Both the position numbers and the translations under genes were made by a program. A DNA stretch of 64,000 bases from Candidatus Buchananbacteria bacterium (GTDB lineage: Bacteria; Patescibacteriota; Patescibacteriia; 2-01-FULL-39-33), in contig CAISTG010000007.1 in NCBI GenBank assembly GCA_903888345.1, positions 1,075 through 65,074 on the forward strand, written 5' to 3'. The notes under the pieces were generated by a model. That model was not told the DNA's origin. It made no database searches and was given only the letters and a program-made list of their open reading frames with translations. Positions 10,007 through 22,000 of this stretch are shown here, in pieces. Numbering within the stretch: the first letter of the stretch is position 1; each line of letters begins with the position of its first letter.

Positions 10007-13000
10007 ATGTCTAAGAGCATTAAAAATATAATTTTTCTAACGGTCGCTACTTTAGTTTTAGCAATTCCGTTTTTAGCTTTGGCGAGTAGTGGAGTAACTG
10101 CTGGCACGCCAACTTTGGCGGGACTACAGAGTGTCTTTGGTGCGGGCAATTTAACGCAGATTATTGCTAGAATTTTGCAATTATTTTTTGCTTTGCTGGG
10201 CGTAATTGCTTTAGTAATTTTGTTGTATGCTGGTTTTATTTGGATGACGTCGCAAGGTGATCCGGGCAAAATAGAAAAAGCTAAAAACATGATTTATGGA
10301 GCAGTTATTGGTTTGATTATTATTTTTTCTGCTTATGCTGTGGCGAGTTTAATTTTTAATTATTTCCGACCACAGACTACTACCTGTACGACTCCGGGTG
10401 AACAACAAGATTGTTCAGTTGCTTATTGTAATAGTACTCGTACCGGATATCGTGAATGTTCCGCTGGCAAGGTTTGGAGCTCCTGTCATTATGACACTTC
10501 CTGTGGCGATGATTCGATTGATTTTTATTCTCAGGCTTTTGCCAATATCTTTAAATTTAGTGATAGCGCAAGTTTTCCAAATTGGCCGGGCGTAGCTTGG
10601 GATTATTCTCGAAATCGCTCCAAGTTAGTGGCCTTGCCGCGTTCTGCCACATTGCAGGTAGAGGCGTACGCCCACATTACTGGCGTTAATTCAAAAATCG
10701 ATAATCTTCACTTATGGGAAACGAGTTCCACAGAGCGTGATTTAGCTGCTTTTACTATTACTGGGGCGGGAGCTCGTGGTACTTACAATTTTGCTTGGGC
10801 TTCAACAACTTGGGGTACAAAAGATTTCGCTTATGATACGACTGCTATTAAAGTTAGAATTAACGAGAATAATAGTCTCGAGTCTAAGCCAGTCAAGGTT
10901 CTATTTTGTGCCGACCATTATTTTGATGGTCTCAAAAACTATGATGAAACCGGCATTGACTGTGGTCCGGGCTGTTTGAATTGTGCTGGCGAAGCTTGTA
11001 AGAAACCAGGGTCGGATGTTTGTAGTGCCGATAATTGCGCTTCTGGAATTTGTAATACTGATTGTCGTTGCGCTAGTGCTCCGGAAATCACTTATGTGGA
11101 TCCAGCGCTCGATGTCAATAATGACACGAATCGTTTGAATTTGGTGGCGAGTCAAATTGATGATGATATTAGTAATGGCGCGGTTAATAATTACGTGACA
11201 ATTTTTGGTCGGAACTTCGGTAGTGCCACCGGCACCGTAAAATTTTCTCCCCTGGCTGGTAATCTCCAGGTTCCAGCGGTCGTCGCTTGTGCAAAATCGT
11301 GGAGCAACAATCAAATTGTGGTGCTGATTCCCAGCACCTTAGTTCCTAATGAATCGATTACGACGGACAGTGCAATCGCCGCCGCTACACCAGTGCGCAA
11401 TTACACCATTAATGTTCAACCGGCTGCCTCTACTTTGTTCTCAAATGCTTGGGGCTTTCAGGTTAATAAAATTGAGCGTCCCGGTATTTGTCAGATGACT
11501 CCAGGTAGTGGAGCTTATCCGACCATCACCACCGCTAATGGTTCGAATTTTCCAACCACTGGAGTTCAGTCGGTTATCTGGTCAATCAGCGGGGAGTTTA
11601 GCACTACTTCAGCTGCGGGGCGAGTTACTTGGTATTCGGCCCCATTTAATGTTACTTCAACGGCTGCTACCAATTGGACGGCTGCTAGCGTGAAAGACGT
11701 AGTACCACAGAATCGTCTTGGCCGTAGTGGCGTCCGAGTTTATAATGGTAATGTTTATAGTAATTATTATGTTTTTCAAATTTCTGATGGCAAAGTTGGT
11801 AGTCCTTGCGGCTATGACTCCCAAGTTTGCGATCAAGATTTAGATACCTGTGGCGATAGTGCCGTTACTGGCTTGCAATGTCAGAATTGTCAGCGAGGGG
11901 ACTTCAGTTGTGATTCTAGTAAAAATTGTACTTGCCAACCGTTGGTGGCCCCGACCTGTACTTCTGATCAGGCTTGTTCTAGCGGTGGTTGTTCTGGAAC
12001 CCAACAATGTCTGCAAGGAAAGTTACAGCCCTGTGTCACGGTTCCCGGCTGTGTTGGCTTTTTAGGTAAGTCGTCAACTAACTCACTGTTTTCTTGGGCG
12101 TTCTTAGCTAACAAACAAATCGGTCCGGGCAAACAATGCTTGTCAGAATTATGGAATGATGAGACTTGTAGTTTGTCGGGTTGTCTTGATAGTAATCTGG
12201 CTTGTGATACTGAAAGTTCAACTGACGAATTTGTTGAATTGTATAATCCGACCGGCGTCGCTAGTGACTTATCGGGTCTGGGCGTGGTTTATGGTGAATC
12301 ACCAGTAGTTACTGATGGTTTACTTGGTTATTATCAGTTTAATAATAGTCTCAAGAATTCCGCTCCTGGGTCGGTAGACTCCTTAATGGTTGTTAATGGT
12401 GGTAATTTGAGTAATAATATAGATTGTATTAATTTGGGTTGTGTTAATTCACGTGGTGCTCGCTTCATGGTGGCGGAGTCTAAGGTTAATTCTTCTACGC
12501 TAGCTAACTTTACTTGGTCGGTGTGGTTTAAACCAGAAAACTTGGATAATGCGGCACAGTTTACTGATCTACTCACTAAAATTGGTTCAAACGCCAGTCA
12601 ATATATCCAATTGTTCTGGCTGAATTCCACCCAAGAGTTAGGCTTTAAATGGACTAATTCCTTCCGTCTCGCAAAAGCTGGTAATGCTAGAAATAAGTGG
12701 CATCAAGTCGCGGTAACTTTTGATGACGCTTCAAATTTAGCAACGTTATATATTGATGGTGAGGAGATTGGCAAGAGAACGGTAGCCGCTAGTATTTCAG
12801 ATAATAAATATGCTGACCTTAATATTAAATTAGGTTCAACGTCCTTAACTAATCAGGCATCGTTTGATGATATCTTAATTTATGATCGTGTCTTGAATCT
12901 AGCTGAAATTAAAAATATTTATACTTATCGCGGGCGTAGCTTATCAGGTAATTTAGCGGCGGGAACGGTTTTGAGTTTACGGGGCACGGCCACTACGCCT

Positions 13001-16000
13001 TTGGGTTTGCCAAAAACCTCTGGCTTTGTTAGTTTAGTTAGCTCAACTGGTCAAGTGATTGATGGTTTTAATTATGGATTAAATTCCAATCAAGTTGTTC
13101 CGGGCTATTATCCTGGCTCTGTCGGCCGAAAAAATGATGGCTTAGACACTGACGCTAATAGTGATTTTATTTACTTCAGCAAGAATTCTGAAGAAGCGCT
13201 CAACACACCTAAGGCCGTTAAGACTAATACTCATTTAGTGATTAATGAGTTTGCATTAACCCATAATCCTTGTACTTGTGTACAGAAGGCGCAAATGTGT
13301 AGTTTGGGTCAGGTTGATAACACTGCTTGTGCCCCGGCCAGTCAGTGTCAACAAGTTAAACGATGTCAGGCTAATGGCCGCTTTGGTAGTTGCGAATTAG
13401 CTAAGGCTAATTGCGTGCCCTACTTACCAACCTCGTCAACTATCGCTGTTTATGCCTGGAGTTTTAATACTAATCCAGCACCACCATCGAAGGGGCCATT
13501 TATTGTTTCTGGTTGCCAAGGTAATGGCAGCTGTAATGATAATAATGTTTTGCCAAGTCCAACCCCTTGGAATGTCAAATGGAATCAATTGGCGCAACCG
13601 GAATTAAAAATTGATAATGCTTCGTCTTGTTTGAATGCGGTTATTTCCGCTCGATTTTCTGAGTCAATGGATGCCAACTCCCTTAACACTGATAATATTA
13701 AAATTTTTAAAGCGACTGGTGCTAATTGGGAAGAGGTGACTGGAGCGCTAGTTGGTAGTATTGATAAACTTACAACTGGTGAGGCGGGTGTGAATTATTT
13801 CAAGATTACTCCTAGAGATCGTTTAGCCGCCGATAGCAAATATCTAGTGTTTGTTAGTAAAAAGGTTAGCGATGAATTGGGTCGCAACCTAATAGATAAT
13901 CCGAGTGGGGTTAACAGTAGTTATTGTACTAGCACCGGTAGTGGCTTGCCAACGACGCCTGGCGTCTGCTGGCAATTTAGTACGCGCAGTGCTGGTAGCA
14001 GTAATTTATTATGCCCAGTAGGTTGTATTAGTGTTAGTCCGAAGAATTATTTTAATCGTTATTATCTTCAAGATAAGTTGCATGAGGCTACACCAATTAG
14101 TGCTGATAATGTTTGTTTGGCTTTAAATAAGCAGGATTATGCTTGGAATTGGTCTGAGTATGAACAGAGCGGGGGAGCTACTGCTCGACAATGGACTTTA
14201 CAGACGGTTGTCGAGAATGGGTTTGCACAAATGAAAGACTACTTTACCAATGTTTTTAGTGCGGGAATTTTCCATCAGAATGCTGGCCAATGGTATTCCG
14301 GTCAGGCGACGACCACTGCTTTACGAGAAACAAATTTCAGACCGTATGATATTAATAGTTGGTTTAGTTATGAAGATATTGGATATTTTAGGGTTACCGC
14401 AAAAGAAGTAGCCAGTGAGCATTTTGGCTCCGCTCCAGTCCACAATGATTTTACTGACCCAGTGGTGGTTGAAAATCAGTATTGTTCGCGCTCTGAAGAT
14501 CCCGCCAAACAAATCTTACAAAGTCCTAGTCCCTGGAAAAATCAGCAAGACGCTTGTATCAACGCTGTCGTGTTTGCGTTGTTCAGTCGTAATATGAAAA
14601 ATAGCTCGCTGGTTGATGCGACTACTGGTAAGCCGGTTAATGTTGAAGTTTATAATTGTGGCAATAATGCTGGAAAAGCAACTTCCACCGATTATAATAG
14701 TGGTTGCACTAAAGTATCTGATAATAATGGTTGGACCGCCAGTATCTTTAATTATACCCAGAAGAATTTAACACTACAGCAATTAGTTGCAGCGCAGTCG
14801 ACTGATAATTCCACTAAGTTGGAGGGCCTGCGAATTTTCCCCAAAGGAAATTTAGAAAAAAATAGTTGGTATCGAGTAGTGATTAAGGGCGGTCTTAATG
14901 GTGTTCGTGGCGGTACGGCAGGTACAGAAATAGCTGAAGGTATTTTACAGATTCCGAGCAAGAATGCGTTAATGAAAACTGGTTCTGATAATTCCTATTA
15001 TTGGTATTTCAAAACTGGATCGGGAATTTGTCCAATTGATCAAGTCGCTGTTTTGCCTCAATTTAATTATATGGATCGGGTTGGACTGACTCAAGAGTAT
15101 GAAGCTGATCCAATCGCTACTAACTGCAACCATTTAAATCCCTTTAATTATTCTTGGAATTGGCAGTCCTTACTTAATCCTTTTGATGATCGCTGTATTG
15201 ATCCGGCGACCGGTAATGGCGTAGCAACTATTTGTGCCTTAACTAGTGTTAATTGCACAAATTCTGATACTAAAATTCGCCAGCCGTTTGTTAAAGCTTT
15301 TGGTCAGACTGAAGGTGAAACAAATATTACGGCTCGTGTTGAAACGTCAACTGCCAATGAAACTTGTGTTACTGATAAGTGGGGCTATAGTCAATTACAA
15401 ATTGGTTTAGGTGCCTTCGCGGTCAGTAGTCTCAATAATTCAGATTGTTTAAATGCTGAATTAAGTTTAAATTTCTCGACTGCGGCTAGCAGCACAACAC
15501 TTCATCCCGCCTCTGCCTCTAATACTAATGGCAATATTCTATTATATCGTTGTGGTACCGGAGTTGCTGGGTGTGATAATCTCACCACCGCAAATTTAGT
15601 GGACTTAACCTTGAAATATCCCACTAATTGGCCTGCTCCAATGAAGCAAATAGTATTTGAGCCAATGACACATTTACTTGCCAATAATACTTATCGCATG
15701 GTAATTAAGGGCGGCACTAATGGTGTTATGTCTGCCAACAATACTCAACTTGAACATCTTAATTATAATATTGGCGGTGCTGCCGGTGGCGAAGCTTGTG
15801 ATCGTTCGACCGAGCCGAATAATCCATTATTAGCTAGTGTTTGTAGTGATACTTGTATTTTTAGGCCGACGGCAAATTTATGTAACACCAAATATCAAGA
15901 ATGTAATAATAAACAGGGTTTATTAGCTTATTATAATTTTGATAATAATTATAGCAATCAAGTAAATATTGGTATTGTGAGTACTTCAAGCACTTCCTTT

Positions 16001-19000
16001 GTGGCTGGTAAATTCAATCAGGCACTACATTTTGGCGCGGCTAGTCATAGCTATGCTTCGTTGCCATCAAATTGGATTAATGCGAACCAGGGGACGATTT
16101 CTTTCTGGGCTAGACCACTGGATTTGGTTGGTACACAGGGTTTATTGTATACCACTAATAATACCAATAAATTAGTAATTAACGCCGTTAATAATACCAG
16201 TACTAATAGCCGCAATTTCACTGTTTTTTATGGAACTGATAGCCGTAATGTACAATTGGTTTCAGCTGTCTCTAATATTAGTAATAAATGGAGTCAGTTA
16301 GTTTTAACTTATAATCAAAATCAATTACAATTATATGTTGATGGCCAGTTAGCCGCGACCGCTGCCAATACGACTGCACTTAGTGGTGGTTTTGGCGCCA
16401 TCTATCTTGGCAAAAATAATACTGGTCAGTTTTTTGATGGTGACTTGGATGAATTGGCAACTTATGAGTCGGTTTTAACTGTTTCCGAGATTAAGAGTTT
16501 AGCGACTCGAGGCTATCCGGAGTCTACGGCCTATCGCTGTAATAGTCTTTGCCAAAAAATGGGTATCCCTACCGCCTCTAATTATCCGTCGGGAAGTTGT
16601 AGTAATGGAAAAATTGATGCCGGTGAGCAATGTGATGATGGTAATAGTAATAATAATGATTTATGTAATAATAAGTGTTTGTGGAATGGTGTTAGTGGCG
16701 GAACCTGTGGCAATAAGGTTGTAGATAATGGACAATTTGATAGCTATTATTGGGATTTCAAATTAAGTGCTACCGCCAAAGTCTGTAATACATTAGATTG
16801 GTCTGGTTTGAATCCGTGTCCTAACGGTATTTGGTCAGTTGGTGCCGATCAGGGTGTTACTGGTTTAGCGTTGACCGCTTATCGCGGCAGTTCTGCTAAA
16901 GAAAATGATCTTTGTATCAAAGATGAGGAATTACAAAAAATTGGTTTCTGGCACCGCATTATTAATTATATTGTTAAAATCGCTAAGTCTTTCTTGGGTC
17001 TTAAGGTTGTCAGCGCCGCCGCTTACTGGTGTCCGATTAACCACTTGAATTTTGGAACAAGTGAATTGCAGGCCATGGCGCGAGGGAATTATAGCAGTTC
17101 AACGCAGTTTGCTGATGGAGCAACTGCGGAGTTAGTAGCTTATACTGATGATACTAATAACTTTAAGATAAATATTATTAGAAGTGCTGATTGGGCGGCG
17201 AGCACCGAATATAAGTTCATAGCTAGTTATAATAAAAATGGGATCATTGGAACTAGTACTGCCAATATTACTACTTTTAATAATGCAAATAGTTGCCAAT
17301 TAAAGAATATTCGTTTTGATGTTTGGCCTCGTGGCTTAGCTAAAACTGCTGATGCCTTCAATTGTGCTTCGGATCCAAAGACCGGCAAGCCGGATGATTG
17401 CGGTCGTTATTCCAGTGATCTTTATGATGATGATATGTCAGCGGCCTGGACTAAAGAATATCCAGCCAATGGTTACGATTTACATAGCGACGCTAATGTT
17501 GGCACAGCCACTAGTTATTTGCCTGGCAATCAGCATTTATATCGTCTGTGGGCTTTGACTTCAGATAAATACGTGGTGCGAGCTAATTTTTCTGCTTTGA
17601 ATTTGACTAACGTTTCGGCAGAATCAACTTCCACCTTAATCTCTGGTACGGGTTATACTGGCGATTTATGGCTAACTTCGGGCTTTAAGCCAGGCAAGTC
17701 CTTACTAAGTGCCACTGCTATTGATCAAAATGGTCGTGGTGAGTTAGGCCAAGCCGATACGGCTCTGCCGATTTATACTTTCTTCTGTAACAATCCTTGG
17801 CCCAATGCTAAGAATTTCCCTTTTATCGATTCTGCTAGCAATTGTTCGGTTGGTTCTGGTTCTTGTATTAATAGTAACTTCGGTACTTATTATTGCCGTG
17901 ATACTGGTGTCGCTAAGAGTTGTGTTCAGGGTAATAATATTGGCAAAGAATGTACTATTAATGCTGATTGTTGGACTAATAAAGCATTAGCAATAGAGGG
18001 CAGTTGCCAACTAAATACCGATGATGATTTGCCAAGTATCGGTGAATATGATGCTTTAAGTGGCAAGATTACAAAGGGTGTGGCGATGGGATTCAGCGGA
18101 GAGACCTGCCAAACTTTGCCTAGCTCATTTAAGCTAAGGTTAGGTTATCAATCTTACGTTGATAATACTAATTACGTTTGGGATACAAATTATACTAGTA
18201 TTTATCGTAACTCAGGTAATGGTTGGGAAAAGATTGATAAGGGTTTGTGGCAATTAAATGGTTTGTCGGCTAATTTCAAACCTATTTTTGGATATTCGGT
18301 TAGGGTTGGCAGTGATCCATTAGTCAATCATGATTATCTTTGGAGTGGTTCTGAAATTTATGTTTATAATGGCGCTAGTTGGCAATCCGATGCTAGTTTA
18401 AAAGCTAAAATGCAGTCAATTGGGTTCTGGCCGACTGGCGGTTATTTCTGGCAGGGTCATAATAAGGTTGGATTATTTGATGCTAATGGTAGAATTGTTA
18501 ATTTAGATTATGATGCTAATGGCAATTTTATTAACGTTTCTGCCGATACTACTTATACAGCTGTTGGCTTTACAGCGCGACCGAAGTTATTCATCGATTA
18601 TCATCAGGGTGATCGTGGTCCGTTAATGTTGGATGTTAATGGTAATGTTTGGCAGGTAACTAGCACCGCGAATCGTTTCCAACAGCAGACAATTATGCCG
18701 GCATTTACTGCCAGCTTTAATCCGCTGTGGGGTGGCACTAATTCTGACGGCTCAGTTTTCTTTGGCCTAGATCCGAAATATTTTACCCTGAATTATACGG
18801 GCAATAATCAATGGTTAGCAGCGGTCAGCGCTACGGAAAATTATAAGACCTGTGATAATAAACTGAAAGAGTTTTTGTTTGCTGGCATTAAACCTGAGGG
18901 CGGTAGTGATCTTGTTAAGGCTGGTGATGAATATAATTCGGCAACTAATGCAGCCACAGCGACTTTTACTAAAAACACTATCGATCATAGCGTTTACACT

Positions 19001-22000
19001 CTGGTCAATAATACTACGACCTATGATTTTGCTTTACCGGAAGCGGGTAATTATTATGTTACTCTAGAAACAGCCAATCACAATAATGCTAATCCCAGAG
19101 CGTCAGCGATCACTGTTTTGCCATTAGGTTTTAATGGTGCTTACGGTGATTGTGCTCAGGGGAGTAGTCTTAATGGACGCGACGTTTATCAGAAAGTCAG
19201 AATTTCTATTGATGGAAAAAACACTTCTACTTTGACTTTACTCGCCACCAATCCGGATAATCGCCAGGTTAATCGGTTGACGGCTCCAATTTTTGTTGAC
19301 GCTAAAGGCATACATCGGGTGGCGATTGAGTGGGTCAATGATTGTTATTGTTCAACTTATTTCGGCGATGCCTGCCAATATGGTGATTTAGATTCTAATT
19401 TACAAATTTACAGCGTGCGCCTGACTAATGCTAATAATCTTAGTACTAGTGATGCTATTGGTATGAGAGTTTATAATAATAATCAACATTATTCGGCCGC
19501 GCTTTGGTATCGAACTAAGTTTAATCCTTATACGCAAGGAAATCTACAAGCCATCAATGTTGATGGTAATAAAGCGGTGAGCGAGGGACGAACGGTTTAT
19601 GTTAATGCACCAGATTTCGGCGTTATTGATCCTAGTGGAGTGGGCCAGTCAGGTACCTCAATTTATTCGACTATATACTTAATGTCCTATAATGAAGGGG
19701 TTTCGCCAACTACTTTGAATATTTTCAAGCAACTGACTAATAATTGGTTTTTTAACGCTGGCGGTCATAGTGCTGGCGGTTTAGACGAGGCGGAAGATGT
19801 TGGTGTCTGTAGTGGTGGCAGCAGTGTTAGTGCTAATACCTGTGTTACGGACATTGATTGTATGAAGCGGGGCGCTGGTTACTGTGACTCCACCAAAGCA
19901 AAAGCAACCCGTGATACGGTTAGACTGAGTGATCTACAAGACATGTATTTGGCTTTAGGAAGTTATTATAATAAAACTCGTTGTTCCAATGATTTGACTC
20001 GTAGCTGTACTAATAATGCTAATTGTTTTGGTGGTGGAGTATGTGGTAATTTCTATCCGAATTTGCTTTCTGGTACTTATATTTCTGGTAAGACTTATAG
20101 TGTCTGGCCTTCGTGGCAACAAACACTCGGTAAAGAATTGGGCGTGACCTTACCAGTTGATCCCTTAAATTTGATTTATTCTAATAATTCTGGGACGGCG
20201 GTTAAATGCTCCGATCCGTATAATCCTGATACTTGTTGGAGTGAAAAAGACGCTAAGATGGATTGTCGTATTCATGCTAGTTCCAGTTTTTATACCTATT
20301 ATGGTACCAGCTTTGGTTCAACTAATGGCGGCACTGTTCAACCAGGAACCGCAGTCAGTATTTATGCTAAGGGCGAGTTATTTCCATATAATAGTGGCAA
20401 CTGGCGACCCGATTGGAATACTGTTACTAATTTACGTTATAATCCGTTTGCCAGCTACTCTTCTCAAATTAGTGGTCAGCAGTTCTGTGAACGAATTACC
20501 AATACTTGTGGTAATGGCCGGGTAGATACCGGAGAGAATTGTTCCAACTGCCCGATGGATATGGGATGCGAGGTGGGCAAGGCCTGTCAAAATTATAGTG
20601 GTAATTGGACTTGCGGACCATTACGCTTATGTGGCGATGGCCAGCGTCAGGTGGGGGAGGAGTGCGATGATCATAATACTAGTAATAATGATGGCTGTAA
20701 TAGTGAGTGCCTATGTGAAAATGGCTATGATTGCAGTGGAGGGGTTCCAGTTACGAAATGTGGTGATGGTGTGATTACGGGCAGCGAACAGTGTGAACAG
20801 ACCAGTAATGGCCCAAGTTGCGGTAACCAAACTTATCAAGGGCAGAGTTGTTGTAATACTGAAACTTGCCGATTGAATAGTTGGTATCGTACCAATATGT
20901 CTTGTGGTGATGGTATTAAAATCGATCAAGAGGATTGTGATTGTGGCACTGTTGGTAATTCCATCTTTGCGTCGCGTACAGCTGATGGTTCGCCGCCAAA
21001 TCCCTTTGCTTGTCGAGTTAGTAATCAAGACGCTGCAGTTGTGTCATCAACCGTTTGGAATCTAACTCCTTTAGCTTATCAATATTGTCTCAAAGATACT
21101 TGTCAGGGTCGTACGGCCGAAGCGCTATATTGCGGCGATGGTATTTTAACGCCAGCCAATGAAGCCTGCGATAAGGCAGTAAATGGCAGTAAATATTGTT
21201 CTGATACTTGCCAGTGTGCGGCTGGAGCAACTTGCGATGGAACCCATACTTGTGGTTATAAACCAGGCGATGGCGTGTGTGATAGTGCTTGCGGTGAAAC
21301 GCATATTGCTAATACCTGCGATGATTGCGCCCCTTGTCATAACGGTGAAGCTTATACCGGTGGCACCTATAATAATGATGCTTGTTGTGGCGCTGATTGC
21401 AATTTAGTTACTGGAAAAATTGATCCTTTTGATACGCCAACTTTTTGTGGAGCTGGCAGTTCACTGACTTGCAACGCCCTTTGTACGGCTACCAGTTATA
21501 GTACTGGTTGCGGTCAAACACATAATAATGCTGATTGCACGCCGGCCACTCCCGCCTGGAGCTGTACGCAACAGGTGAGTACTTGTGTCCATTATCCCGA
21601 CTGTACTAATGCTGTTACTAATTCGGTCTTCGGACCATTTTGCGGTGATCTAACGCGTAATGGCTCTGAGACAACTGCTATTGGAACTGGTTATTTCTGT
21701 GGTCAAGATTTACCGCCGACAAACATTCAAAGTGGCTGGGATATCCATATTTCTCAAGTTACTAGTCCTTGTACTTTGGCGCAAACCTACACGTCATTTG
21801 ATGACGAAAAGTCAGGCAGTAGAATTACAGCTAAGGGATCGACTGCTGATTTAGCTACTAATTTTAGGATTAATTTTAATACAGATCCGACTTCTGATTT
21901 CCTGTTTCAGTTAAGTCCTCGAAGAAGCGATGGCAACTATTATAGTCCTATTGTTAGAGAGGGGAAGAATTTTTGGGGCACGCCAGTCAATGAGTTTACG